64,000 bases of DNA from an uncultured Thiomicrospira sp. (GTDB lineage: Bacteria > Pseudomonadota > Gammaproteobacteria > CAKMZV01), in NCBI GenBank assembly GCA_965195345.1, contig OZ239628.1:96001-160000 (forward strand). The letters run 5' to 3'. Made by a program: the position numbers and the translations under genes. Below the pieces are notes generated by a model that saw only the letters and a program-made list of their open reading frames with translations, searched no databases and was not told the origin of the DNA. Shown here in pieces: positions 19,360 through 29,656 of this stretch. Positions within the stretch are counted from its first letter, which is position 1. Every line of letters starts with the position of its first letter.

Positions 19360-22269
19360 TTGAAACAGCAACGATTGAAAGCGCCTTTCGGGACGCTAGT
19401 TAACACCAACAATGCCATTGAATTTACCTTTGAAGGGCGTAGTTATACTGGTTATGAGGGAGATACTATTGCTAGCGCATTGTGGGCAAATGGGCAAAAA
19501 ATGATTTCCCGATCATTTAAGTACCACCGTCCCCGTGGCATTTTAAGTATGACTGGGCAAGATGCAAACACCTTCGTGCAACTCAAGGGGGAAAGCAACG
19601 TTCCAGCGGATACTTACAAACTTTCTAGACATCTTGAAGTGAAGGGACAACACTACATTGGTTCCCTTGAAAAAGATCGTATGGCATTCGCTGGAAAATT
19701 ATCTCGCTTTTTACCTGTCGGCTTTTACTACAAGGCTTTTTACCGTTTCAATTTATGGGAAAAATGGTGGCATAGAATCTTTAGAAAGCTCACTGGACTT
19801 GGTACCATAAACCCTGAAAATATAGGTTCTGCATACGACAAGCAGTATTTGTTCTACGATATTGTTGTTATTGGCGCAGGACTGTCTGGAATGCAAAGTG
19901 CCATTGAAGCTACTAATGGTGGTGCTAAAGTGTTACTTGTTGATGAGAACGTGATGCTTGGTGGTTCACTCAACTATTCGCGCATGGATGCCGAAGGAAC
20001 TGCTGCCCAAAAGTTAAAAACTAATCTTATTGCTCAGGTCACAAACAACAAAAATATCACTGTAATGCTTGATACGGTTTGTAATGCTTTCTATGCCGAT
20101 AACTGGTTAGCGATCATTAAAGACTTGCGCCTCTATAAAACACGTGCAAAACAAATTATTGTAGCTGCGGGAACATTTGAGCAACCACTGGTATTTCACA
20201 ATAATGACCTTCCGGGAATAATGCTTGGTACCGCTGCCCAACGGTTAATGTGGAACTATGGAATAAAGCCCGGAACCAGAGCAGTGATTACAACCACCAA
20301 TAATCGTGGCTATGAAGTTGTTCTTGATTTGCTTGACGCTGGTGTTGAAGTCGCAGCCGTCGTTGATTTACGAACCAACGTTTCAACCGATTCCATTGTG
20401 CAAGCGGTTATTGAAAAAAAGGTGGAAGTTTTACAGAACCATACCGTTTTTAGTGCAAATTCCTCAGAGAACGTTCTTGTTGGCGTTGAAATTCGAGCCA
20501 TTACGGGTAGTGGACAATGTTCTACTGAGCATCAATATATAGACTGCGACTTGCTGTGCATGAGTGGAGGGCACATGCCCGCCTACCAGCTACCATGTCA
20601 TGTTGGGGCGCATCTTAACTACAATGAAAACACCAATCAATTTATTATAGAGAATCTGTCAAAAGCGATCCATTTGACAGGTTCAATGAACGGCGCTAAC
20701 TGCATTGAAGGCAAAATTGAACAAGCAAAGATAGCCGCTTTTCACGCATTATCGGATCTTGGCATGGCTAGTGGAAAGCTCGCAAAAATAAAGCATAGTA
20801 CCCCCATCAGCAATGATTTTGTCCTTCCCATATTCAATCACGATGACGGTAAAGAATTTATAGATTATGACGAAGATTTACAAATAGCCGATATTATTAA
20901 TGCTGTACGCGAGGGCTATGAAGACATTCAATTAGTCAAAAGATTCTCAACGCTCGGAATGGGACCGTCTCAAGGTCGCTATGCTGCTTTTATGAGTGCT
21001 TTACTGGTGGCTAGTTTAGAGGAAAACCGCAGCATAGGTAAAGTAGGTGTAACCACTGCACGTCCTCCATTTGCCGCTGAAAAGCTGGGCCATATGGCAG
21101 GTCGTAGCTTCTTCCCAGAGCGACACAGCAATATGCACTACCGTCATGTTGAAATCAATGCACAACCTCTTATTGCAGGAGCATGGATTCGTCCTGCCTA
21201 TTATGGACCTAAAGGGACATTACAAGAATGCGTCAATAAAGAATGTCTCAACGTGCACAACAATGTTGGTGTCGTTGACGTTTCTACATTAGGCGGGTTA
21301 GAAATTCGTGGACCAGATGCGGCGGAATTTATTAATCGTGTGTACACTTGGAACTTTATAAAACAACCTGTTGGAAAAGCACGCTATGCATTACTTACCA
21401 ATGAAGCAGGAGTTGTAATTGATGACGGTGTTGCTTGCCGATTTAGTGATCAGCACTTTTATGTAACAGCTACTACTGGAGGCGTTGATAATGTGTACCT
21501 GCAATTTTTGCGATGGAATGTTCGCTGGCGTTTAGATGTAGATATTGCTAACGTAACTTCTGCATGGTGCGGGGTAAATATTGCTGGACCAAATTCACGT
21601 AAAGTCCTCGAGAAAATTTGTACAGACGTTGACCTCTCCTCTCAAGCATTTCCTTACGTTGGTGTACGTGAAGGCACCATTGCAGACATGCCTGCTCGCA
21701 TCATTCGTGTTGGTTTCGTTGGGGAACTGGGTTATGAAATTCATGTCCCACAACACTACGGTGAGGCGTTATGGGACGCCGTTATCGAAGCTGGTAAGGA
21801 ATTCGACATAATGCCATTTGGGATTGAAGCTCAGCGCGTATTACGCTTGGAAAAAGGTCATGTGATAATCAGTCAAGATACTGATTCAATGACATACCCT
21901 GAAGAAATAAACATGTCATGGGCAGTAAGTGACACAAAGCCATTCTTTGTAGGTAAACGCTCTATTGACATTGTTAGGGACAATAAGCTCATCCGTAAGT
22001 TGATAGGCTTTGAAATCCCAGATGAAAAAGGCATAAAACCTCAAGAAAACCACTTACTATTTGATCAAAACAACAAATTAATTGGGCGTGTTACCTCTTG
22101 TGCATACTCTGCTTTCCTCAACAAGACTATTGGTCTGGCCTATATTGACCCAACATTTAGTGAAGTAGGTCAAGCCTTTAAAATTCGTTGCGACGGCAAA
22201 CAAAATGCGCAAGCAAAAGTAGTTTCTCTACCCTTTTACGACCCGAACAATCAACGACAAAAAATCTAA
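19360..22269 (+). CDS. mgdC: NMG dehydrogenase / sarcosine oxidase alpha subunit
   Basis: GDTIASAL, SRSFKYHRPRG, GAGLSG, KRFSTLGMGPSQG, TTARPP, C-terminal GcvT-like domain (DVSTLG, GELGYE, LRLEKGH, PFYDP). Confidence 0.9.
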   Translation: MKQQRLKAPFGTLVNTNNAIEFTFEGRSYTGYEGDTIASALWANGQKMISRSFKYHRPRGILSMTGQDANTFVQLKGESNVPADTYKLSRHLEVKGQHYIGSLEKDRMAFAGKLSRFLPVGFYYKAFYRFNLWEKWWHRIFRKLTGLGTINPENIGSAYDKQYLFYDIVVIGAGLSGMQSAIEATNGGAKVLLVDENVMLGGSLNYSRMDAEGTAAQKLKTNLIAQVTNNKNITVMLDTVCNAFYADNWLAIIKDLRLYKTRAKQIIVAAGTFEQPLVFHNNDLPGIMLGTAAQRLMWNYGIKPGTRAVITTTNNRGYEVVLDLLDAGVEVAAVVDLRTNVSTDSIVQAVIEKKVEVLQNHTVFSANSSENVLVGVEIRAITGSGQCSTEHQYIDCDLLCMSGGHMPAYQLPCHVGAHLNYNENTNQFIIENLSKAIHLTGSMNGANCIEGKIEQAKIAAFHALSDLGMASGKLAKIKHSTPISNDFVLPIFNHDDGKEFIDYDEDLQIADIINAVREGYEDIQLVKRFSTLGMGPSQGRYAAFMSALLVASLEENRSIGKVGVTTARPPFAAEKLGHMAGRSFFPERHSNMHYRHVEINAQPLIAGAWIRPAYYGPKGTLQECVNKECLNVHNNVGVVDVSTLGGLEIRGPDAAEFINRVYTWNFIKQPVGKARYALLTNEAGVVIDDGVACRFSDQHFYVTATTGGVDNVYLQFLRWNVRWRLDVDIANVTSAWCGVNIAGPNSRKVLEKICTDVDLSSQAFPYVGVREGTIADMPARIIRVGFVGELGYEIHVPQHYGEALWDAVIEAGKEFDIMPFGIEAQRVLRLEKGHVIISQDTDSMTYPEEINMSWAVSDTKPFFVGKRSIDIVRDNKLIRKLIGFEIPDEKGIKPQENHLLFDQNNKLIGRVTSCAYSAFLNKTIGLAYIDPTFSEVGQAFKIRCDGKQNAQAKVVSLPFYDPNNQRQKI

Positions 22270-22270
22270 C

Positions 22271-22951
22271 ATGCTTGACCCTACAAAATATCCCTTAAGA
22301 AGCCCTCTCTACAGACAGCATATCGAAAAAGACGCTACCTTCTGTGCTCTTGGAGAAACGACGCTGATTGTTGAAAAATTCAGCGAGGACGATACGAGCG
22401 CTTTCAAAAACTTAAGTATCATTGATCTTTCTCCGCTTCCTCGCGTTGGTTTCAAAGGGAAAAACACCCCCGAGTGGCTTCAGCAGCAAGCGATTGAATT
22501 GCCCCCAAATCCTAATGAAGCCATTCGACTAAATGATGGCACTTTAGTTGCTCGTTTATCCAGCAATGAATTTTTGTTTTTAAGCGACATTCAGGCGCAC
22601 GCCGAAACGAATGCAAAATTGCGCCAGTGGACGTTAACGGATAATCAACTTTGCTACATTCTTAATCGTGACCATAGCCACAGCTGGTTTGCCCTTACTG
22701 GACAATTTGCTTGTGCAACGTTATCAAAGGTTTGTGGAATTAATTTTCATGATGACGCCTCCGTTATTGGTTCCCTTGCACAGACTTCAGTTGCACGCAT
22801 AACCAGCATCATCATTAAAGATGAAATAAAAAACACGCCCGTATTTCATATACTAAGCGACAGCGCCAGTGCTGAGTACATGTACGCTTGCTTGCTGGAT
22901 GCAATGGCTGAGTTTTCAGGAAAACCAGCAGGGGTAAGCGTCCTAACCTAA
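22271..22951 (+). CDS. mgdD: NMG dehydrogenase / sarcosine oxidase gamma subunit
   Basis: DLSPLPRVGFKG, AQTSVAR, SAEY...LLDAMAEF; follows the alpha subunit. Confidence 0.8.
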   Translation: MLDPTKYPLRSPLYRQHIEKDATFCALGETTLIVEKFSEDDTSAFKNLSIIDLSPLPRVGFKGKNTPEWLQQQAIELPPNPNEAIRLNDGTLVARLSSNEFLFLSDIQAHAETNAKLRQWTLTDNQLCYILNRDHSHSWFALTGQFACATLSKVCGINFHDDASVIGSLAQTSVARITSIIIKDEIKNTPVFHILSDSASAEYMYACLLDAMAEFSGKPAGVSVLT

Positions 22952-22994
22952 TATTGATTGATATTGATCTCTTAAACGAAACGCTCTTAAACTT

Positions 22995-23990
22995 CTAACC
23001 TGAAGGTTTTTGAGCACGTGCATAGATTCCATTGTGTCCAAAAAAAGTCTCGATATTCTCAAGCTTACTCTCCATCAACCATCTATTAACATCTTCAAGC
23101 GTTTTTGGGTAGTCATGCACAGGAGCGAGCATATCAAAAGTATCGAGTATTGCCCATTGTAATAATAGATCATCGCTAAGGTTGTAAGATCCACGATAGT
23201 CCGCAATCAACATCCTCCAAACAATGCTTTTCCCAAAAGGCAGTTTATTCAGTACACCGCATATTGGCCACATAAAACTAACATAAGCTTTAACAAACTT
23301 ATACAATTTTTCGGGAGAAATTCTTTTTGTCAAAGGTCTAATCATATAGCGCGTGTTGATTAGCCTTTTGTACCAAACTTCTTTTTTATAAACATCAATT
23401 GCAAGATGCCCGGACGGTTTTACAAATTGAGGTAATTGTTGAAATGCCGCTTCAACGTTGGGTGTATGTTGAAGCACTCCCAAACAACAAACCTTATCAA
23501 AATAATCAACATGCAGGGGCATCTTATAAATATCTCCTTGAATAATAAGAAGGTTTTTATGACTACCCAAAGAAGCATAGCATACATCTACTGCCTGACT
23601 ATAATCCATTGAAATGACAAGTGCATTTGTCTTGATAATTTGCTCAGTGAATCGACCCGCACCACAACCTACCTCGAGTACTCTTTCTCCTGAAAGATCA
23701 AAATCCCAGCCAGTAGTCTCATGAAATCTGTCTTTAGTTATCGTTGTATTTGTATAACTATCAAATTGTGTTTTAGCATGAATCTTCCACTGCAAACCAA
23801 AATTATCAGCGTAATTGCTTTCTGGAACAAAACGAGGAATAGAATTAGTTATTAGGTATTTACTACTACAGCTTTGACAAACCAACTCACCAGTAATAAC
23901 ATTTTCATCTTCAACATGTGTTTCATTATATAAACTCAAACTGCCTTTGCATTCTGGGCATGCAAGGATTGATAAATATTTTCTTTCCAT
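22995..23990 (-). CDS. SAM-dependent methyltransferase with N-terminal Trm112-like zinc knuckle
   Basis: LACPECK...LVCQSC..Y.I...IPRF N-terminus; VLEVGCGAGRF motif I; GVLQHTP. Confidence 0.85.
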   Translation of the reverse strand: MERKYLSILACPECKGSLSLYNETHVEDENVITGELVCQSCSSKYLITNSIPRFVPESNYADNFGLQWKIHAKTQFDSYTNTTITKDRFHETTGWDFDLSGERVLEVGCGAGRFTEQIIKTNALVISMDYSQAVDVCYASLGSHKNLLIIQGDIYKMPLHVDYFDKVCCLGVLQHTPNVEAAFQQLPQFVKPSGHLAIDVYKKEVWYKRLINTRYMIRPLTKRISPEKLYKFVKAYVSFMWPICGVLNKLPFGKSIVWRMLIADYRGSYNLSDDLLLQWAILDTFDMLAPVHDYPKTLEDVNRWLMESKLENIETFFGHNGIYARAQKPSG

Positions 23991-24292
23991 AAAGTCTCTA
24001 AAAATAAGAAGGATTGGTTAAATATAAGGTTAATCTAATATTAGAGTGCTGTAGGATAACCATTTAAAATCAAAATTGTAACAGAATTATTTTCAGAAAC
24101 ATTCTGTTATCGAATTATTCTAAAAAAATCAATAATCATTTTCTTAGCAAGAGATAAAAACAAGTTGATCTTTGCATGAAAATATATTGGTTTGATCTTG
24201 TTAGAATCTCCAAAAACCAGTCGTTAAAACCGTGTTGATTGATTTATCCTGATTGGATTATTGATGCAATTGTATTTTACATTCGCTGTAAT

Positions 24293-25120
24293 TTACATAG
24301 GTGATAGCGCTCTGGTAGCTCGTGCTGAATTGCCGCTTGGACGATCAAAAGATGTGAAATAACGACCCATATAGTCAGAACACTGCTTATATGAGAAATC
24401 AAATCCGTTGGCTTCTGTCATGTCATCTTCGGAGGAAAGCTCCTTATACAAATCAGTTTCTTTAAACTTATCGAAATAAATTTGAGCCAATTGCTGACCT
24501 GCTGATGAATCACTTTTGTAATGAACGCCCACAATTTCCCTATGTCTGGCTACGTCATTGCTGTACTCTATAAATTGCGCTCTTCTCTCTGGGAAAAACT
24601 CTGCTAGCAATAAAGCCAGCATACGACTATTGGTTGCATGTCCACTCGGATACGCGGGATGCGGTGGATTGGGTAGTGCTGTTTCCAATTTTTCTTCAAG
24701 GAAGCTTGGTCTAACTCGGTCGAAATGGATTTTTGCAAGATAAACGTGATAGTTTAAATCAACAAAAGCACGTTGAATGATTGCATCAATTTTAGGATAT
24801 ACGCCAAACTCAAACCCTGGCATTTCAAAATTACAAAATGGGCGCTGATTTTTTGTGCGTTCAATCTGATTTTGCGTTCTATTGCCTTGCAATACCAATA
24901 AAGTATCTAACTCTTTTCTTGTTTGTATGGAGTCATTTTCACCTGGTTGCGGAATAGCATTTAATTCACTTTCGCTTATTTCAAAAAATGGCTCATACGT
25001 CTCAATAAATTCATAAATTGCACGCCCTAAAGTTTGAGTATTTGTGAATCTTAAATCATTCGTATCCGATAGTGCAAGCGTCGACACTCCCATTAATAAT
25101 AGTACTAAAAACTTTTTCAT
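24293..25120 (-). CDS. Secreted PAP2-family (class A-like) acid phosphatase
   Basis: Signal peptide; KIHFDRVRP (KX6RP), YPSGH, REIVGVHYKSD (RX5HX3D). Confidence 0.85.
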   Translation of the reverse strand: MKKFLVLLLMGVSTLALSDTNDLRFTNTQTLGRAIYEFIETYEPFFEISESELNAIPQPGENDSIQTRKELDTLLVLQGNRTQNQIERTKNQRPFCNFEMPGFEFGVYPKIDAIIQRAFVDLNYHVYLAKIHFDRVRPSFLEEKLETALPNPPHPAYPSGHATNSRMLALLLAEFFPERRAQFIEYSNDVARHREIVGVHYKSDSSAGQQLAQIYFDKFKETDLYKELSSEDDMTEANGFDFSYKQCSDYMGRYFTSFDRPSGNSARATRALSPM

Positions 25121-25318
25121 TTCTTATCATCCATCTTATGTTTTTTAAAGCAATAATCGCCTAAAATTTAGACGTTAGCACTTGTTTTATCCCTCATAAT
25201 TAAAGAGTCACCATCATTTGATTTCCCGATGAATCAACAATATTTTTTTATTCTCAAATAAAAAAAATTGTGTTTTAATTTTACCCCGTAATTTAGCCGA
25301 ACGCGTAGGGGAAAATTT

Positions 25319-26479
25319 ATGATCGCTAACACTCTTGAAAAAATCATGCAGCCGATTAACAAAGCAGGAGGTTTGAGCAACGAGTTCTATGTCAGTGACG
25401 AGCGCTTTAAACAAGAGCGAGATACTGTGTTTGCTCCTAATTGGACCGCCTTAATGTTCACCAGCCAGCTTCCTGCCAATAATCATGCAAAACCTGTTGA
25501 ATTTATGGGTCTACCGCTATTAATCACTAATTACAACGATGAGATTAGCGTTTTTCACAACGTTTGCAGACATCGTGGGCACAAATTAGTAGAAAAAGAA
25601 AAGCCTCTAACCAGCGCAATATCATGCCCTTACCACAGCTGGACATACAAACCCAGTGGAGAGCTTATTGGTACACCTCATATTGGCGGAGTTAATATCC
25701 ATCAAGTAAATGGGTTTGACAAGAAACAATATGGTCTGAAAAAAGTGGCGCATGGAATATTCATGAACGTCCTTTACATTAATTTAAATAATCAAGCCCT
25801 CCCCTTACAGGAATATCTTAAGCCTGTTTATGACCGCTGGCATGAATTCCTCGGGGACGATGGATTGCAAAAAATGCAAAAAGGAGCAACTGGAGGAGAG
25901 TGGTCAATCACCGCTCAAAGTAATTGGAAATTAGCTGTTGAGAATTACTGCGAAGCATATCATCTTCCTTTTGTGCATCCCGAGCTTAATCACTACTCCC
26001 CCATTGACGTGCACTACAACATAGAAATTGGAAACAATTTTTCTGGTCAAGGTACTATGAACTACAGCCCTTCATTAGCAATGGTTGACGGGAAAGAAGC
26101 GACTATGCCCTCCCTAAAAAGTTGGAATACAGAGAAAATGAAATACGGTGAATATCTTTCGTTTTATCCTAATGTTCTAATGGGCATCCAATCAGACCAT
26201 GCCTTTTCCATTATCCTCACACCAATCAGCCCTAAGGAGACACTTGAGCAACTTGAAATATTCTATGTTGGTGACGGTGCTAGTAATGCTAAATACGAGG
26301 CATGCAGACAAGAAACCGTCAACAATTGGGAGTTAGTTTTTAAACAGGACATTCCACCCATTGAAAGCATGCAAAAAGGTCGTGAATCATCGGGTTTTGA
26401 TGGTGGAGTCTTTTCCCCTGCACTCGATGTTGCTACGCATCATTTCCACAAATGGATTGCTTCTCAGTGGATGCGTTAA
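25319..26479 (+). CDS. Rieske non-heme iron oxygenase alpha subunit (choline monooxygenase / quaternary-amine oxygenase-like)
   Basis: NVCRHRG...CPYHSW Rieske motif; NWKLAVENYCEAYHLPFVHP mononuclear Fe site; QD...ESMQKG. Confidence 0.85.
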   Translation: MIANTLEKIMQPINKAGGLSNEFYVSDERFKQERDTVFAPNWTALMFTSQLPANNHAKPVEFMGLPLLITNYNDEISVFHNVCRHRGHKLVEKEKPLTSAISCPYHSWTYKPSGELIGTPHIGGVNIHQVNGFDKKQYGLKKVAHGIFMNVLYINLNNQALPLQEYLKPVYDRWHEFLGDDGLQKMQKGATGGEWSITAQSNWKLAVENYCEAYHLPFVHPELNHYSPIDVHYNIEIGNNFSGQGTMNYSPSLAMVDGKEATMPSLKSWNTEKMKYGEYLSFYPNVLMGIQSDHAFSIILTPISPKETLEQLEIFYVGDGASNAKYEACRQETVNNWELVFKQDIPPIESMQKGRESSGFDGGVFSPALDVATHHFHKWIASQWMR

Positions 26480-26486
26480 GGTCTTT

Positions 26487-27578
26487 ATGAATAGTGTCAA
26501 CATCCCAGCAACTATGTCTGCTGTGTTGCTCAAAGGACACGGTGGCTTTGAACAATTAGAATTGTGTAACGATGTGCCCGTGCCCAAAGTTGGTCCCAGT
26601 GAAGTTCTTATACAGGTTAAGGCTGCTGGGATAAACAATACCGATATAAATACACGCATAGGCTGGTACTCTAAATCGGTAAGCAAAGATACGCACTCTA
26701 CAGCCTCTTCAAATTCTGATGATGTCAATAAAAATGATGCAAGCTGGGCAGGGAAATCCTTACAATTTCCTCTTATTCAAGGCGCTGATTGTTGTGGAAT
26801 AATTGTCTCTGTAGGCAACAATGTTTCGAAAAATCGCATCGGTGAAAGAGTATTAGTGCGTCCTATGATGAGAAGCTTTGTTGACGATGAGCCTTGGCAA
26901 TGTTGGACCCTTGGTTCAGAATGTGATGGCAGTTTCGCACAATACATCAAAGCACCTGCTGTTGAAGTTCATAAAATTGAATGCTGCTGGAGTGATGCCG
27001 AATTGGCGACGATACCTTGTGCATATTCCACCGCTGAAAACATGCTCCATCGTGGAAAAGTAGGCGCTGAAACAGTATTCGTTACAGGTGCCTCTGGCGG
27101 TGTAGGATCTGCTGTCGTTCAATTAGCTAAAAGACGGGGGGCAACAATAATTGCCCAAGCCGCCCAAAACAAACACGCGGATTTAGAGCATCTTGGCATT
27201 ACAAAAATCATCGACCGAAATGACAATATCGTTGAAACTTTAGGAGATAGTTCTGTTGATGTAGTAATTGATTTGGTCGCAGGAAGTCAGTGGGGACAAC
27301 TTCTTAAAGTACTCAAGAGAGGTGGTCGATATATTACTGCAGGTGCAATCGCCGGACCACTTGTTGAGCTGGACGTACGAACCCTGTATTTAAAAGATCT
27401 GTCACTTTTAGGTTGTACCTTCCAAGAAGATATCGTTTTTAAAAATCTTATCCAATACATCGAAGCGAGTGAAATTAAGCCACTGCTTGCTAAAACCTAT
27501 CCGTTGAGAGAAATTGTTCAGGCACAAAAAGACTTCATTAATAAAAAATATACAGGCAAATTAGCACTTATTCCTTAA
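26487..27578 (+). CDS. Medium-chain dehydrogenase/reductase (alcohol dehydrogenase / quinone oxidoreductase family)
   Basis: GINNTD, IQGADCCG, GSECDGSFAQY, VTGASGGVGSA; probable ATG at 26487. Confidence 0.85.
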   Translation: MNSVNIPATMSAVLLKGHGGFEQLELCNDVPVPKVGPSEVLIQVKAAGINNTDINTRIGWYSKSVSKDTHSTASSNSDDVNKNDASWAGKSLQFPLIQGADCCGIIVSVGNNVSKNRIGERVLVRPMMRSFVDDEPWQCWTLGSECDGSFAQYIKAPAVEVHKIECCWSDAELATIPCAYSTAENMLHRGKVGAETVFVTGASGGVGSAVVQLAKRRGATIIAQAAQNKHADLEHLGITKIIDRNDNIVETLGDSSVDVVIDLVAGSQWGQLLKVLKRGGRYITAGAIAGPLVELDVRTLYLKDLSLLGCTFQEDIVFKNLIQYIEASEIKPLLAKTYPLREIVQAQKDFINKKYTGKLALIP

Positions 27579-27643
27579 GAGAAGAACATCCATCAAACGC
27601 CTCTTTGCATTTTTAGTCAGAATATTTTTGATAAGTTTATATG

Positions 27644-28546
27644 CTAATAGTCAATGACATTCTTGAAACGCTTATGTGCCCATAAATATTGTTCAGGATA
27701 TTCTCTAATATGGGATTCATACAGATCATAATACCGCTGAGTATCTGCCACGTCGTCCCCACTCGGAAAATTATCTAACGGTTCGAGAAAACGAACTTTA
27801 TAGCGCAACCCCTCTCGATGAAACAATGCGATAACGGCTGCTGCTTTTCCTAATCTGGCAAGGTCTGCCAATGCAGTAGGGGATTTTACAGAATGCCCAA
27901 ACACACGAACATCCCCACTCATTCCTCCTGCATGATATTGATCTGGGGCGTACCATAGATTGCCACCTGTGCGCAAATAACGAATCATCCATCTTAAATT
28001 TTCTTTTGGCTGCACATGATCAAAATACTTCTGTCGTCCTCGCTTCGATACATACTCCATAACGGGATTATTACTTACTCGATAATTGATGCTGACAGGC
28101 ATGTGGAACGTTGCCGCGATGCCTACTAATTCCATAGGCAACATGTGCATGCCCAAAATAACAACCCCTTTCCCTTGAGCATTGGCTTTATGGATTACGT
28201 CAATATTTTCAAAATCTACCCATTGACTGATAACTTGACCTCGAGACCAGCTCAGCATTGATTCAAATAGGAACAATGCCAAATTCTGCCACTGCTTCCG
28301 CTCAATTTCAGCGCGTTCAAAAACCGATTTCTCAGGAAATACAAGTTGCAAATTCTTCTTTATCACAAGGCTTCTGGAATGCACAAATTTCTGCATAAGC
28401 CAGCCTAATCCTTTGGATAAATTGATTTGCCAAGAAAAAGGCAATAAAACCAGCACTCTAAAAAGCCCAAAGAAAACCCAAAAAAGCCACCATTTGGGAT
28501 GGATCAACGAAAGAAAAATTGAAGAAGTACTTGCTATATTAGGCAT
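27644..28546 (-). CDS. lpxL: Lipid A lauroyl/palmitoleoyl acyltransferase
   Basis: HPKWW N-terminus, GKGV...H...E, WYAPDQ, PEQYLWAHKRFK. Confidence 0.85.
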   Translation of the reverse strand: MPNIASTSSIFLSLIHPKWWLFWVFFGLFRVLVLLPFSWQINLSKGLGWLMQKFVHSRSLVIKKNLQLVFPEKSVFERAEIERKQWQNLALFLFESMLSWSRGQVISQWVDFENIDVIHKANAQGKGVVILGMHMLPMELVGIAATFHMPVSINYRVSNNPVMEYVSKRGRQKYFDHVQPKENLRWMIRYLRTGGNLWYAPDQYHAGGMSGDVRVFGHSVKSPTALADLARLGKAAAVIALFHREGLRYKVRFLEPLDNFPSGDDVADTQRYYDLYESHIREYPEQYLWAHKRFKNVIDY

Positions 28547-28733
28547 TCGTTGTCAATACAATTTGTACCACAAAAATCACGATGAGTACAAATGCAACAG
28601 CCAAAATGATTCCTGATATAACGAAAGGTATCGCACTTTTCGACGAAAAGTCCTTTACCAGTTTATCTCTTTTTTGGACACCTATAAAAGCTGATAAAAC
28701 ACTTTGCATTATCGAAAATATTTCTTTAATCAT
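28539..28733 (-). CDS. DUF2970-like small membrane protein
   Basis: SVLSAFIGVQ...DF...PFVISG pattern, typical near cytochrome oxidase genes. Confidence 0.7.
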   Translation of the reverse strand: MIKEIFSIMQSVLSAFIGVQKRDKLVKDFSSKSAIPFVISGIILAVAFVLIVIFVVQIVLTTNA

Positions 28734-29656
28734 TCAATCTTCTTAAATTCGTACGTGGAATAGCTGCCTGAAAATATATCATAGAGAGAAATTGTAAAGT
28801 AGTGGTCAACTAAAAAAAACAAAAACAACCCTAATAGATACCAAATTGAATAACCAAACGTCATCATAGGCAATTTTTTGTTATCAGGATATTTTATTAA
28901 AGCGCAGGCATAATAAATAAAGACACCGCCCAATACTAATGCCCCAGTTAAATAGAGCAATCCGCTCATACCAACCAAAAATGGCAACACCGTTGCTACT
29001 ACCAGAAGTATGGTGTAAAGCAGAATCTGTAACCGGGTAAAGTCTGTCCCGTGAGTAACGGGTAACATAGGTACGTTCACTTTTGAATACTCGTCTTTTC
29101 GATGAATGGCTAAAGCCCAAAAATGTGGCGGCGTCCACACAAAAATAATTAATAACAGTAACAACGCATGCGCTTCAACGGTCCCTGTTACTGCCGTCCA
29201 TCCAAGCAGAGGTGGCGCAGCACCACTAGCACCACCAATAACAATATTCTGCGGTGTCGCTTTTTTTAGATACATGGTATAGATGATTGCGTATCCAATG
29301 AGTGCAAAAAAAGTCAACCACGCTGTTAATGGGTTAACTAAGATAAATAACGTTGCAAGACCAATTAATCCTATAACCACACCGAAAATGATTGCATTGA
29401 TAAGCGGAATCGTTCCCTGTACCAATGGTCTTTTTTCTGTGCGGCGCATGTGTTCATCCGTATGGCGTTCAACAACTTGATTAAATACGGCGGCTGAAGC
29501 CGATGATAGGGTGATGCCAATCGTTCCAAAAACCAACGGTTGCCAAGGAACCATTCCTGGCACCGACAAGAACATTCCCACCAATGCGGTCATAACCAAT
29601 AACATGACTACTCTGGGTTTGGTTAATTCGTAATACTCTTTGATCACAGTAATCAT
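28730..29656 (-). CDS. cyoE: Protoheme IX farnesyltransferase (heme o synthase)
   Basis: LTKPRVV, D.HMRRT..RPL, YTMYLKKATPQNIVIGG, WTPPHFWAL. Confidence 0.95.
   Translation of the reverse strand: MITVIKEYYELTKPRVVMLLVMTALVGMFLSVPGMVPWQPLVFGTIGITLSSASAAVFNQVVERHTDEHMRRTEKRPLVQGTIPLINAIIFGVVIGLIGLATLFILVNPLTAWLTFFALIGYAIIYTMYLKKATPQNIVIGGASGAAPPLLGWTAVTGTVEAHALLLLLIIFVWTPPHFWALAIHRKDEYSKVNVPMLPVTHGTDFTRLQILLYTILLVVATVLPFLVGMSGLLYLTGALVLGGVFIYYACALIKYPDNKKLPMMTFGYSIWYLLGLFLFFLVDHYFTISLYDIFSGSYSTYEFKKIE

Noticed and set aside
24293-25120. Vanadium haloperoxidase
   Set aside because: Shares the PAP2 motifs, but its size and signal peptide fit a class A-like acid phosphatase better; not excluded without an assay
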